The notes under the pieces: generated by a model
Told to the model about the DNA's origin: nothing
Databases searched by the model: none
The model's input: only the letters and a program-made list of their open reading frames with translations
Source: a virus
Lineage: Duplodnaviria; Caudoviricetes
Direction: 5' to 3' (one strand)
DNA: 64,000 bases
Virus record (IMG/VR): IMGVR_UViG_3300033066_001396
Location: 60,567-124,566 of that record
Shown here: piece by piece, positions 1 to 9,448 of the stretch
Position numbering within the stretch: position 1 is the first letter of the stretch
Layout of the letters: every line of letters begins with the position of its first letter
Made by a program: the position numbers and the translations under genes

Positions 1-2
1 TA

Positions 3-476
3 GCCGTATTATCCGAAAACAATTCCAATATGGAACATCGGGAAAATTATAGCGGCGGCTCGGGTATGTATTTAGGGGAATCCAAGTATTTCGGATGGAT
101 CATAAGAAAGCGCAGGGTGCCAACCCTTGAAGAGTTGCAAATAGCTGCAGCAGAAGGCCGAGTAAATATCCCGGACGAGGACACACCAGGCCAGGCACCC
201 GCAGACCTGGGCGGAGATATCGCAATGCTTGACTATTCAGAAAAGGCCTTTATAGTTAGGGGAGAAGGCACCAGAGCAATAAAAGACGATTTACGGGGCC
301 TCGGTGGAATGTTTAATTTTAGATTACAGGGCGGCCCTGCCTGGGTATTTAGCAAGACCAAACTGGATAAAGTAATGAATTACTTGCAAGGCCTTAAAAC
401 CCGCCAGGATGAGGTAATAGGAGCCCTTAAAGACGAATATTCCAAGATGCAGGAATTTATAGGATCAGAAGCATAG
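3..476 (+). CDS. Phage hypothetical protein, 5'-truncated by the window edge
   Basis: Frame is open from position 3. C-terminal DYSEKAFIVRGE..GGMFNFRL..GPAWVFS segment resembles a domain common in Bacteroidota phage/MGE proteins. Confidence 0.7.
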   Translation, partial: AVLSENNSNMEHRENYSGGSGMYLGESKYFGWIIRKRRVPTLEELQIAAAEGRVNIPDEDTPGQAPADLGGDIAMLDYSEKAFIVRGEGTRAIKDDLRGLGGMFNFRLQGGPAWVFSKTKLDKVMNYLQGLKTRQDEVIGALKDEYSKMQEFIGSEA

Positions 477-499
477 TTTTTTTTAGGTTCAATTTTCCA

Positions 500-537
500 G
501 GGCCGTTTTTAGAAGTAATTACGGCCCCGGTTTTTCT
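500..537 (+). terminator. Putative intrinsic terminator hairpin
   Basis: GGGCCGT (500-506) / ACGGCCC (521-527) stem followed by a T-rich tract, just after a stop codon. Confidence 0.45.
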
Positions 538-559
538 TCTCACATTAAAAGACCTTAAC

Positions 560-769
560 ATGAGTATAGACAAAACAATTCACTATATAGGGGCTCAAAT
601 TGTTGACCATATAAACAGCTTAACCCTGGGCCAGTTACGAGCCATGAAACAGGCATTAACCGAAGATATAAGCATTCCGGTACCCTGGAATAAACAAGGC
701 ACGCCGGAACTATTTAAACGTACTATTGAACTGCAATATATTAACCAACGATTAAAAAACGAATCATGA
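560..769 (+). CDS. Hypothetical protein
   Basis: ORF in a tightly packed co-directional array; ATGA overlap with the next gene. Confidence 0.65.
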   Translation: MSIDKTIHYIGAQIVDHINSLTLGQLRAMKQALTEDISIPVPWNKQGTPELFKRTIELQYINQRLKNES

Positions 770-1005
770 ATATCACATGGAAAGACAAAAAAACGCTTTT
801 CCTGGGGCGCAACGGTACATTTAAATGTACCGGGGTAATTGTTTCGGAAATAATGTACCTACCAAAAGACAAAAGCGCAAGCGCATTTAACGGGGTTGCA
901 ATAGAGCCCTTAACAAGTCTTGGGAAAATTGGCAGATGTGCTATTGATATCCCAATAGAATCAATACCGGAACTGATTGAAAACCTTAAACAATTTATAA
1001 AATGA
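766..1005 (+). CDS. Hypothetical protein
   Basis: ATGA-coupled on both sides. Confidence 0.7.
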   Translation: MNITWKDKKTLFLGRNGTFKCTGVIVSEIMYLPKDKSASAFNGVAIEPLTSLGKIGRCAIDIPIESIPELIENLKQFIK

Positions 1006-1295
1006 AAACATTAGCAGACTTTAAGCGCAGGATTAAACCAGGCGTTAAACTTCATACTATTTTCCACAGCATGGCCGGAGACATCGACAAAGGTATTCGA
1101 CCGGTTACCATTGTAAAAACCCAAAATTTTGCACTCAAAACAGAACAGCCCGATAAAACTGTCGACTCCTGGGTGAATTTTCCCAGGTCCAACGACTTCA
1201 AAATAGTAGACTGTAATACCGTTCAAATGCTGCATTTTAACCCGATCACCAAGCACACCCAAGTAATATTAACCTATAAATTTATTGAGGCATGA
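1002..1295 (+). CDS. Hypothetical protein
   Basis: ATGA-coupled ORF (MKTLADFKRRIKPG...). Confidence 0.7.
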   Translation: MKTLADFKRRIKPGVKLHTIFHSMAGDIDKGIRPVTIVKTQNFALKTEQPDKTVDSWVNFPRSNDFKIVDCNTVQMLHFNPITKHTQVILTYKFIEA

Positions 1296-1552
1296 GACAT
1301 ATATCAGCAGGGGAGGTATTCACAAAAAACTTACTTGAGCGGCTTAATTATAAAGCTTGGGAGAAAACAGGGGTTAAGGGTCAGGTTATTGTATTAAAAG
1401 ACCACAAACCAGGCTATAACTTTGCATTAAAAGAAAACCGGACAGAAATAGCACTACCAAAGGACGCCATAAATGGAAGCCCTAGCCGCTTCATCCGGGA
1501 TTTTGAGACGACAATGAACTCATTTGTTTATCAAATAAAACTAACGCCATGA
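1292..1552 (+). CDS. Hypothetical protein
   Basis: ATGA-coupled ORF. Confidence 0.65.
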   Translation: MRHISAGEVFTKNLLERLNYKAWEKTGVKGQVIVLKDHKPGYNFALKENRTEIALPKDAINGSPSRFIRDFETTMNSFVYQIKLTP

Positions 1553-1779
1553 CAATCAAGATCCAGTTAACCAAGTTAACCAACCACGTAATTACCCAAT
1601 CCATCAGCCCACCCGGCCCGGTTGAAATAGATTATATTATTGATCGTGTTGGTGAAACAGTACGTAATTATTTGCGTGCCGAGATTAAAGACGCTAAATA
1701 CGGCCAGATCGTTGACCTGGAAATAAACATTAATACCCTGGAATCCCAGGACATTAATCCAGAAGAAGAAGGCTTTTAA
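1549..1779 (+). CDS. Hypothetical protein
   Basis: ATGA-coupled ORF. Confidence 0.6.
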   Translation: MTIKIQLTKLTNHVITQSISPPGPVEIDYIIDRVGETVRNYLRAEIKDAKYGQIVDLEININTLESQDINPEEEGF

Positions 1780-1795
1780 AAATATTTCTTAACCC

Positions 1796-1849
1796 GATGG
1801 GCCGCCCATAGTAAAATCCGAATTAGATGCAATCGGCCCGTCATTTTTT
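1796..1849 (+). terminator. Putative terminator hairpin
   Basis: GATGGGCCG ... CGGCCCGTC inverted repeat followed by a T6 tract; the loop is long. Confidence 0.35.
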
Positions 1850-1985
1850 AACCTAAAAAAATGAAAATATACAGAGTCAAGGCAGGTGTTACAGAAAATT
1901 ACAAAACTGGTATGGTTTATAAGGGATATTTGGCCCACAGAACTTCTTTGTGAATTGATATTATAAACTTAAAAAACTAAAACTT

Positions 1986-2171
1986 ATGAAAACATATCTT
2001 AGTATAAGGATTGTTAAAGCGAGCAATAAAAAGAGGGCAATTGAAAAGATCCAAAACGAGGATTTTGTAGAAGATCATAAACTTTCAGACGTGGTAATCA
2101 CAGAAAATGAATTTATGAAAATATATACCAAAGCAGCAATTGTAAATCATAAAACATTTAGAAAAACTTAA
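1986..2171 (+). CDS. Hypothetical protein
   Basis: Short ORF with an A-rich leader, directly upstream of the methyltransferase. Confidence 0.55.
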   Translation: MKTYLSIRIVKASNKKRAIEKIQNEDFVEDHKLSDVVITENEFMKIYTKAAIVNHKTFRKT

Positions 2172-2175
2172 AACC

Positions 2176-3777
2176 ATGTTTGGAATTGATTTTTATCCAA
2201 CTCCTCCAGATGTCATTGATATGATGATAGACATACCAATACGGGGAAAAACGATTTTGGAGCCCTCGGCCGGGCGTGGAGATATAGTGGACTATCTGTT
2301 AGCCCAGGGAGCTAAAAACGTGCTGGCCGCAGAAATAGACCCATCACTAAGGACTATTCTAAAAACCAAAGCCGAACTTGTGGCCATAGATTTTTTGGAT
2401 CTTAAAGCGGAGCGCATTTCGCATATCGATGCTATTATCATGAATCCGCCATTTAGTCGGGCCGCTGAACATATTTTGCACGCCTGGGCAATAGCACCGC
2501 CAGGCACACAAATACGGGCATTGCTCAACATGGCAACAATTAAAAACACATATAGCCAGGCCCGAGTCGATTTAACTACAATTATAGAAGAAAACGGATC
2601 GGTTGTATCATTGGGCAATGTGTTCAATAAAGCAGACCGGCCCACAGAAGTAGAGGTAGGCCTGGTAAGACTTAAAAAACCTGGAGAATCAGCAACTCAG
2701 GAATTTGAGGGCTTTTTTATGGATGAGGATATAGAGGCCCAAGGCGACGGCCTAATGCCTTATAACGTTGTCCGGGACATTGTAAATCGATACGTAGAGG
2801 CCGTGAAAATATTTGATCTGCAACTGGAACAGGGGGTGAGACTCAACAGTATACTAAAAGGTTTTTATGGTCATGAGTTAGGATTGCAGGTAACCCAGGA
2901 AGGCCGGGCAAAATCTAAAAATGAGTTTAAAAAAGATTTACAGCGTGACGCCTGGAAGTATATTTTCGATAAACTGGATTTAAGCAAATATACTACCAGG
3001 GGAGTAATGAATGATATTAATAAATTCATTGAACAACAGACCGAAGTTCCTTTCACCATGCGAAATATATATTGGATGCTGTCAATAGTCAGAGGCACCA
3101 CCGGATCCAGAATGGATAAGGCACTGTTAGAGGTATTCGAAAAACTTATATCCATGTCCTATGATGGAGAAAACAAATACTATCCCGATGGCCGTTGGAA
3201 AACCAATAGCCACTACCTGGTAAATGAAACATTTATTATTCCACGCATGGCCGAGACCGATCGATGGCATAAGGGCAATAAAATACAGCAAAATTATGGG
3301 GGGTATTGGGATTACATTGAAGATCTTGTAAAGGCCCTTTGTTTTATCACCGGTGACAAATACGAATCCTTTGGCACACTATCAAATACCATAAGATACG
3401 AGTATAAGATTAGAACTGCCGATACTGTTAAATATGCCACGGGACGGGAATTCTATGCCGGAGCGTTGGCTATTGAAAAAGAGCTATATGAAAAGGGAAT
3501 AGCTTTTAAAACCGAGCAGTTTTTACCGGAGTATGGGCAATGGTTTACCTGGGCTTACTTTGAAGTAAAAGCATTTAAAAAGGGTACCATGCATTTTAGA
3601 TTCAAGGATAAAGAGATATGGGCAATGTTTAATAAACATATAGCCAGAATCAAAGGATACCCGTTATTCGAACACAGGCCAAAAGGGACCAGAGAACAGC
3701 AACGCACGAACAAAGAGCAGCAGATATACAAGGATCAAACTATTTTATTCAACATTAAACAAGAAGCAGCTTTATGA
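2176..3777 (+). CDS. Class I SAM-dependent (amino) DNA methyltransferase with DUF4942-like C-terminal region
   Basis: DFYPTP, motif I ILEPSAGRG, catalytic IMNPPF; C-terminal WKTNSHY / FKKGTMHFRF pattern. Confidence 0.85.
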   Translation: MFGIDFYPTPPDVIDMMIDIPIRGKTILEPSAGRGDIVDYLLAQGAKNVLAAEIDPSLRTILKTKAELVAIDFLDLKAERISHIDAIIMNPPFSRAAEHILHAWAIAPPGTQIRALLNMATIKNTYSQARVDLTTIIEENGSVVSLGNVFNKADRPTEVEVGLVRLKKPGESATQEFEGFFMDEDIEAQGDGLMPYNVVRDIVNRYVEAVKIFDLQLEQGVRLNSILKGFYGHELGLQVTQEGRAKSKNEFKKDLQRDAWKYIFDKLDLSKYTTRGVMNDINKFIEQQTEVPFTMRNIYWMLSIVRGTTGSRMDKALLEVFEKLISMSYDGENKYYPDGRWKTNSHYLVNETFIIPRMAETDRWHKGNKIQQNYGGYWDYIEDLVKALCFITGDKYESFGTLSNTIRYEYKIRTADTVKYATGREFYAGALAIEKELYEKGIAFKTEQFLPEYGQWFTWAYFEVKAFKKGTMHFRFKDKEIWAMFNKHIARIKGYPLFEHRPKGTREQQRTNKEQQIYKDQTILFNIKQEAAL

Positions 3778-4011
3778 AGTATAAATTTCGTGCAGAAGGT
3801 CGCATAGATGTGGGTCTGTGGTTGGTGGAAATGGCTATTAAAAAATACTCGGTCAACTACCTAGTCATAGAGCCATGTGACGGTATCATTTCGTTCAAAA
3901 GCCCCTATTAAAGAAATAATAAATGTCATGGAAATCATATCGGACTCTCACGTAATGATCAAAACAATACTGCCTATAAAACTATACACCGGCGAACGCC
4001 TGAGAAGATAA
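3774..4011 (+). pseudogene. Small phage gene split by a +1 frameshift (or programmed frameshift)
   Basis: MKYKFRAEG...FKSPY* (3774-3911) continues in the +1 frame as IKEIINVM..SDSHVMIKT..YTGERLRR* (stop 4009-4011). The junction is AGC CCC TAT TAA. Confidence 0.5.
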
Positions 4012-4133
4012 AAAAGGGCTCTCGGTTAACGGGAGTTAGATTTTTGGGATAGGGGCGGAGCATGGGTAAAAGTATTCATTTGATACGCCTCTTTTTTTAA
4101 AGCTTTTAATACCTTAAAAAACAAAAATGCAAA

Positions 4134-4361
4134 ATGGCAAACAAATTAACATTAGATCAACAGAGGGAAGCATTAAACAACGCATTAAAGAGCTTCAATT
4201 TTCCTGAAAAATATTTTATTCATTTGACCGCTCCAAAGTTCGTAATTGCAACATCAAATAAAAATGGCGGGATTAACACACATAGCTCTTTCATGAGCTA
4301 TGAACAGATGAACTATTTCCTTGTAGGATATAATTTAGCACTTATTAAACCTTTTAAATAA
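4134..4361 (+). CDS. Hypothetical protein
   Basis: ORF with A-rich leader in a co-directional array. Confidence 0.65.
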   Translation: MANKLTLDQQREALNNALKSFNFPEKYFIHLTAPKFVIATSNKNGGINTHSSFMSYEQMNYFLVGYNLALIKPFK

Positions 4362-4370
4362 AAAATTATC

Positions 4371-4730
4371 ATGGAAATAGAAGATGATAAGTTTTTGTCC
4401 GAAGAACAATTCGAGGCAAACAAAAAAAATATTGGAGAGGCATTAAAATTGCTCGAAGAAACAACCTACGGAGGTCAACTGAACAGTATGCTTTTTATAA
4501 GCCTAAGTACCACCGAAAAGATGTATAAAGCATCAATCCAGGGGGAATTAGCAAAGACATCAGAGGGCCAGGTTACTATATTTGGACGAGGAACAAACCA
4601 ATCGATTGAAACCCTTATTATAAATCTCATGCAAAAACATGATGGTATGTATAGAATAATTCATTCGGCATTGGCTAAATATATTGCCTATAACATAGCA
4701 ACCAATATCAAACAACGAAGAGAAAACTAA
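4371..4730 (+). CDS. Hypothetical protein
   Basis: ORF in a co-directional array. Confidence 0.65.
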   Translation: MEIEDDKFLSEEQFEANKKNIGEALKLLEETTYGGQLNSMLFISLSTTEKMYKASIQGELAKTSEGQVTIFGRGTNQSIETLIINLMQKHDGMYRIIHSALAKYIAYNIATNIKQRREN

Positions 4731-4757
4731 TTTTTTCAAATATCTAAAACCTTTTTT

Positions 4758-5684
4758 ATGAATACAATGACAGCTAGTATTAATCCGATCGCTGACCTGG
4801 TAAAAGTAACTTATCCAGGCCAAGACCCTGTCCGACGCCAATACCGTGAGGGCTACGAGCACTATATGAACATTATGCCGGTACTTGAAGACAATGATCC
4901 GGATCTGCCGCACAAAATTGATTATGCCAGAAACATTGTCCAATCCCTGGCCTCATCATTAAAACAACATATTTGGATAACTGCTAATCAGCCCAGGGAG
5001 TTTGATCGAACTATTATTGCAATAGAGCCCCGAACCATTGACAAAGAAGGCGCTGAGCTTGTTGTGGCACGATGGGGAAAAGGATTTAGCAGCCCGGTAC
5101 ATGGCCACGCCAGTGGTTACTTGCACGAAGAAATCCTTTACGGTAAGATGTTAGTAAACACCTATAAGTTAACTCCAAACTCGAATATCGTTCGTCCCTG
5201 GGCAACAGAGATCGTTGGAGAGGGCACCTTTGCCTCAGTATACAACAAAACCGACACCTCCCACCAATTTAAACGCCAGGCATTAATTCATAATTTCAGG
5301 GCCTTGACACCAGCGGCCTCACTGCATTTCCTTCCTGAACATACCAGGGATGGCCGGGACAACACCTTTGTTGTGTCAAGATTTGAGGAATGGTATGATT
5401 TGCGAGGCCATTTACAAAGAATAACCAGTCAGGAGGCCATGTATTCTGCACCTGGAACAGTAATATTAGTCCGAAGCAATAATGTGCCGGAATATGGAGA
5501 TCATTACATATACATTACAGGCGCACCAGTGCAAAAAGAACACGGCATAAGGCCCCAGGATCAACCAATAGAGGCTCCGCTTACCAAAAGAATACTTGAT
5601 GAGTATCATCCGGAGCAAGGCCTAATACTTTTAAAACTTGACAAGGAAACAACCAATCACTTTGTTAAATTTCATGGATTATGA
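4758..5684 (+). CDS. Cupin protein, cysteine-dioxygenase-like
   Basis: WGKGFSSPVHGH (WxxGxxSxxHxH) plus distal ALIHN and SLHF match the CDO-type 3-His cupin motifs. Confidence 0.7.
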   Translation: MNTMTASINPIADLVKVTYPGQDPVRRQYREGYEHYMNIMPVLEDNDPDLPHKIDYARNIVQSLASSLKQHIWITANQPREFDRTIIAIEPRTIDKEGAELVVARWGKGFSSPVHGHASGYLHEEILYGKMLVNTYKLTPNSNIVRPWATEIVGEGTFASVYNKTDTSHQFKRQALIHNFRALTPAASLHFLPEHTRDGRDNTFVVSRFEEWYDLRGHLQRITSQEAMYSAPGTVILVRSNNVPEYGDHYIYITGAPVQKEHGIRPQDQPIEAPLTKRILDEYHPEQGLILLKLDKETTNHFVKFHGL

Positions 5685-5699
5685 AAAGACATTAAAAAA

Positions 5700-5954
5700 A
5701 TGAAAGTAGTATCAATTCAAGCAGAACCACCGCTTATTGGGCATGTGTTAGCGGCTGGCGATTTCATTTCGTCAAATGTTCAAAAACCGCCATTTAAAAC
5801 TATTGTTGAAACATACACTCCTTTTGGATATGCTAATAAGGCGATGTTTCACGAGAATGAAAATGACGGATACGATTTTAAAAATGAAAAGCCAATGGTT
5901 ACACATTTTATAGATGATTTTGAAGCGGAAGTTTTATGGCGGTTACCCCAATAA
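5700..5954 (+). CDS. Hypothetical protein
   Basis: ORF between the cupin and isonitrile synthase genes. Confidence 0.6.
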   Translation: MKVVSIQAEPPLIGHVLAAGDFISSNVQKPPFKTIVETYTPFGYANKAMFHENENDGYDFKNEKPMVTHFIDDFEAEVLWRLPQ

Positions 5955-5992
5955 TTTTGGTTTTTTTCTTTTAAAAACTACTCAAATCCAAC

Positions 5993-6883
5993 ATGATAGA
6001 ACAAATCCTTAATATTTTCCAGGGATTCAGGATGACCCCCACGCCTTTAGATCAGTATGAGTCTAAGGGCAAAGAAATCCTGGGCAACAAAATTGCCGGT
6101 TATGTGTCAGATAATAAGCCCTTGCGCTTTGTGATGCTAGGCTTCCCATTCAAGTCAACCAACCACAGGGACAAGGTACTGGGATCAGATACCGACCTGG
6201 GCGAAGATCTTACAATCAAAAACTTTGCGCTTTTCAACCAACAGATACAAACATCCTATAAGCCAGGTATTGTGCTAAACATGGTATCTGACGGCTTTGT
6301 GTTTAATGATATCCTGGGAGTATCGCCGGCAGAGGTAGAAGCCTATAAAGAACAGTCGATGGATCTAACCACAGCTCACCAGGCACCGGTACAATGGTTT
6401 GATTTGCGGGATTTTTACCGGACCACATTAAGCCAGGGCCGGGAGCAACTAACGGAACATTTCGGGATTACTCCGGAGAAGCTTGAACATGAGATATTGT
6501 TTAATCCCGATGTCAACTTTCTATACCGTGGTATGATCCGGTTTATGGAAGAGGAATTGGCACCACAAAACCACCCGAGCCGAAACCAACTTCAGAAGGC
6601 TGCCAAGAAGCTAACCAGGGAAATGATGTTTAGAAACGAGGCTTATTCTAACCTGGTAAAAGAAGAGTTCAAGGACTGCATCAGGCTATCCATGCATCCC
6701 TCTGTCAATTCAGGAGCAAAGTATAGCTTCCAGCTTATCCCAGGGGCCAGACATAGTGCCTGGCACAGCTCAATAGCACTGTACAATGATGGGAGAATTG
6801 AAACAATTCACCGAAAAGACGCCGAACAAAAAGGAATGAAATTGGTTTATAAAAATAACAATCCATATAACTTTATAGAATGA
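5993..6883 (+). CDS. Isonitrile (isocyanide) synthase, PvcA/IsnA/Dit1 family
   Basis: GFPFKSTN..KVLG..TDLGE, VSDGFVF, NEAYS, IRLSMHP and SAWH motifs in family order; 296 aa. Confidence 0.85.
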   Translation: MIEQILNIFQGFRMTPTPLDQYESKGKEILGNKIAGYVSDNKPLRFVMLGFPFKSTNHRDKVLGSDTDLGEDLTIKNFALFNQQIQTSYKPGIVLNMVSDGFVFNDILGVSPAEVEAYKEQSMDLTTAHQAPVQWFDLRDFYRTTLSQGREQLTEHFGITPEKLEHEILFNPDVNFLYRGMIRFMEEELAPQNHPSRNQLQKAAKKLTREMMFRNEAYSNLVKEEFKDCIRLSMHPSVNSGAKYSFQLIPGARHSAWHSSIALYNDGRIETIHRKDAEQKGMKLVYKNNNPYNFIE

Positions 6884-7191
6884 AAATAGGGGAAGCAAAA
6901 CTGAGATACAATCATAAGGGAGAGATAGATAGCGCAACGTTCTTTCCAGTAGACGCATTTATGGTGCCACATGAAACACTCCTGGAATTATCCAATAGCC
7001 AGGATGAGGAATCTATTAAGGCGAACGCCAATATGGTACTGGCATCCTATTTCTCTAAGATTAACGATATCGAACTAGGAGACAGGGACCAGGTTGAAAT
7101 CAAAACCAAAATCATTAACTGCAACAAGCATTCCAATGGCATGATATCCCATTGTACGTTACAATTCACCTTAGAGCCCATTACAAAATGA
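6880..7191 (+). CDS. Hypothetical protein
   Basis: ATGA overlap with the upstream gene. Confidence 0.6.
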   Translation: MKIGEAKLRYNHKGEIDSATFFPVDAFMVPHETLLELSNSQDEESIKANANMVLASYFSKINDIELGDRDQVEIKTKIINCNKHSNGMISHCTLQFTLEPITK

Positions 7192-7288
7192 CAAAGATGC
7201 TGATAGACCTTATCGTCCCATGCGCAATAGCCATCCCTCTGTACTTATGGGTCCGGTCATTTATTGAAGTACTTAAAAAAGAAAGAAG

Positions 7289-7717
7289 ATGAACAACAGA
7301 TTAAAATTCCTTTTATTGATATTGCTTATTTCCTGTAACAGCAAAAAGCTAGTGGTAATTGACGGAGACAGTTATATTCTGGACGGTAATAGGATAAGGC
7401 TTATAGGAGTAGATTGCCCAGAACTTGGCCAGACGTATGGTTATGAGGCCAAAACCCATGTTTGGAATCTATTAAGGGGGGCAAGCCTAAAAGTTACATA
7501 CACGAACCAAGACCATTATGGCCGGTGGCTTGCAAATGTAAAAGTTAACGGCGCACCGCTTGACAGCATAATCGTGGTCAATGGCTGGGGATGGGCAGAC
7601 ACCTACAACCATACCTACAACCATAAAAATGAAGACCTTATGTACTATGCTAAAGCAAAGAACCGGGGATTGTGGAAATTTGATCCGATCGAACCATATA
7701 AATTCAGACGAAGATGA
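7289..7717 (+). CDS. Thermonuclease (SNase family), possible lipoprotein
   Basis: VIDGDS, IRLIGVDCPE, DHYGRWLA, RGLW motifs; N-terminal LLLILLISC lipobox-like signal. Confidence 0.9.
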   Translation: MNNRLKFLLLILLISCNSKKLVVIDGDSYILDGNRIRLIGVDCPELGQTYGYEAKTHVWNLLRGASLKVTYTNQDHYGRWLANVKVNGAPLDSIIVVNGWGWADTYNHTYNHKNEDLMYYAKAKNRGLWKFDPIEPYKFRRR

Positions 7718-7754
7718 ATTATAGACTTGCCTTATAAAAAAAAAACTCACAGTT

Positions 7755-7967
7755 ATGAAAAATACAATGTTTGCCAACTTAGATGTTTTAAAGCAGGAAG
7801 CTAAATCGTTAGTGGATGATGGTGCTAATATTGAATACACAAGGGGGGTCCTGGAGATTATAAGTTCCTTTATTAGCTATGGGGATGACTGTTGTCATGC
7901 AGATAACGCCATTGAATTAGCTAGAGAAATTGGACTTTCAAAGGAAATTATCAGCAAATTGTATTAA
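7755..7967 (+). CDS. Hypothetical protein
   Basis: ORF in array. Confidence 0.6.
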   Translation: MKNTMFANLDVLKQEAKSLVDDGANIEYTRGVLEIISSFISYGDDCCHADNAIELAREIGLSKEIISKLY

Positions 7968-7982
7968 AATACATAAATTAAA

Positions 7983-8501
7983 ATGGATAATTACGGATTT
8001 GAAGTAATTAACTTCTCCCTTAAACCATCCAGGTTTTGGGTTACTGTAGCAGGAATAAATGAGACCCCTTTTACCTTAAAAGCTGACAAAGACGATATCC
8101 TGGCCTATTTTGAGGACCAGAACATAGATGCAATACCACATCTTAAATCATTGTGCCAAGAGCAATATGTCCAGGAGTTTGTATATCCGTTCACAGCTTA
8201 CCTTTTAGAAGGGGCCGACGAAATGAAGACAAAACTATTATTGTGCGCCAAGATATTTAGAGCGATGACAGATATTAGGCCAGAATTGCAGCCTCGTGGT
8301 GACACATTTACCCTAAGATCAAATGATCATCCTAATGTGAATATATCAGGAAGAAAAGATGATGAGGGTCTTTATATTAATTCACTTGGAGATAATTACC
8401 GGGTATGGATCGATGGACAGGGTCTTAAAAGCATAGAAAGCTACCTGGGCATGTATGAGGCTTCTATTCGCGCAGCCATGCTTAAAATTGTAAATAATTA
8501 A
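7983..8501 (+). CDS. Hypothetical protein
   Basis: 172-aa ORF in array. Confidence 0.7.
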   Translation: MDNYGFEVINFSLKPSRFWVTVAGINETPFTLKADKDDILAYFEDQNIDAIPHLKSLCQEQYVQEFVYPFTAYLLEGADEMKTKLLLCAKIFRAMTDIRPELQPRGDTFTLRSNDHPNVNISGRKDDEGLYINSLGDNYRVWIDGQGLKSIESYLGMYEASIRAAMLKIVNN

Positions 8502-8556
8502 AACAGCCACCAATGTTTTAACAAAAAAAATAACACAACTAATTTATATATATAAT

Positions 8557-8564
8557 TATATTTG
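8557..8564 (+). promoter_or_regulatory. Bacteroidota sigma70-type -7 promoter element
   Basis: TATATTTG matches TAnnTTTG, in an AT-rich intergenic region upstream of ATG 8577. Confidence 0.55.
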
Positions 8565-8576
8565 TGTTCTAATAAT

Positions 8577-8933
8577 ATGAATCTTATGATATCTTACAAA
8601 GGAAACGAAGAAAAACTCCAGGAACTAAATCCGTTTTATCGATGGAAAAACCTGGACAGGAAACTGCAGTTTTCCAAAGAAACAAAGGCCTTCACCTACC
8701 AGAGAATGTATAAGCTCATACCATTCGAACGCATGGGTTACGGCGACTCAGTTTTTGTTCGACTATCTCTTATATACTGGCACAAGATAAAGAGAGAGGC
8801 CAGGCGCGATCCTAGGATAAAGATCATGTATGACAATACCGACAAAAGAAATGGCGGTGTTAGGATCTGGAATATGGTTGTGCCGACTCCCAAGCTAAAA
8901 AGACCTATAAGAGTATATAAAATAGCGGCGTAA
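8577..8933 (+). CDS. Hypothetical basic protein
   Basis: ATG at 8577 preferred over TTG 8562, which overlaps the promoter motif. Confidence 0.65.
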   Translation: MNLMISYKGNEEKLQELNPFYRWKNLDRKLQFSKETKAFTYQRMYKLIPFERMGYGDSVFVRLSLIYWHKIKREARRDPRIKIMYDNTDKRNGGVRIWNMVVPTPKLKRPIRVYKIAA

Positions 8934-8955
8934 GTAAAAAAAAATAAAAAAAAAT

Positions 8956-9258
8956 ATGGGTTATTACGGAAGATATGATGGGCCCGACGAGCCTAAACAC
9001 TTAACAATAACGGATCTGCTTTATGGCAAATTAGTGTCCATCGATACAGACGTCATGGTTAAGGTTAATCTTGAAATACAAAGAGTTGAAGAGGTGGAGC
9101 ACTCAGAACAATTAGAGAAAGGAACACCAGAAAACGACTGGTGGCCTAAAACCAAGGACTGGACCACTTTTGATGTAACTTTTACAAATGGATTTAAAAA
9201 ATCATATCCTAGCATATCTGAATTGCTTAAACAAATAAAAGTGGGGTTGATTCCTTAA
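8956..9258 (+). CDS. Hypothetical protein
   Basis: ORF with A-rich leader. Confidence 0.7.
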   Translation: MGYYGRYDGPDEPKHLTITDLLYGKLVSIDTDVMVKVNLEIQRVEEVEHSEQLEKGTPENDWWPKTKDWTTFDVTFTNGFKKSYPSISELLKQIKVGLIP

Positions 9259-9260
9259 AA

Positions 9261-9415
9261 GGAAATAAAAATGGCGTTTTGATGGCATAAATAAAGTTCT
9301 GGGCTCACTGGCGACGAGTACAAGCTATGCCTAAACAAACTATCGTGAATTTTATGTCACTTTAAGCCGACGTACAGAATGTGTGAAAGCAGCCTGACAG
9401 CCGGGAAAGACCGGC
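9261..9415 (+). ncRNA. Candidate structured RNA, tmRNA-5'-like with a terminal hairpin
   Basis: Intergenic. GGCATA/TATGCC pairing, a start-less frame ending ...VKAA-TGA, then a GCCGG-GAAAGA-CCGGC hairpin. Confidence 0.35.
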
Positions 9416-9448
9416 ATTCTTTAAATCACAAAAAAATGAAAAAATTTC

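Noticed and set aside
9290-9335. Twister-like ribozyme suggested by GTACAAGC
   Set aside because: The required pseudoknot pairings could not be identified by eye.
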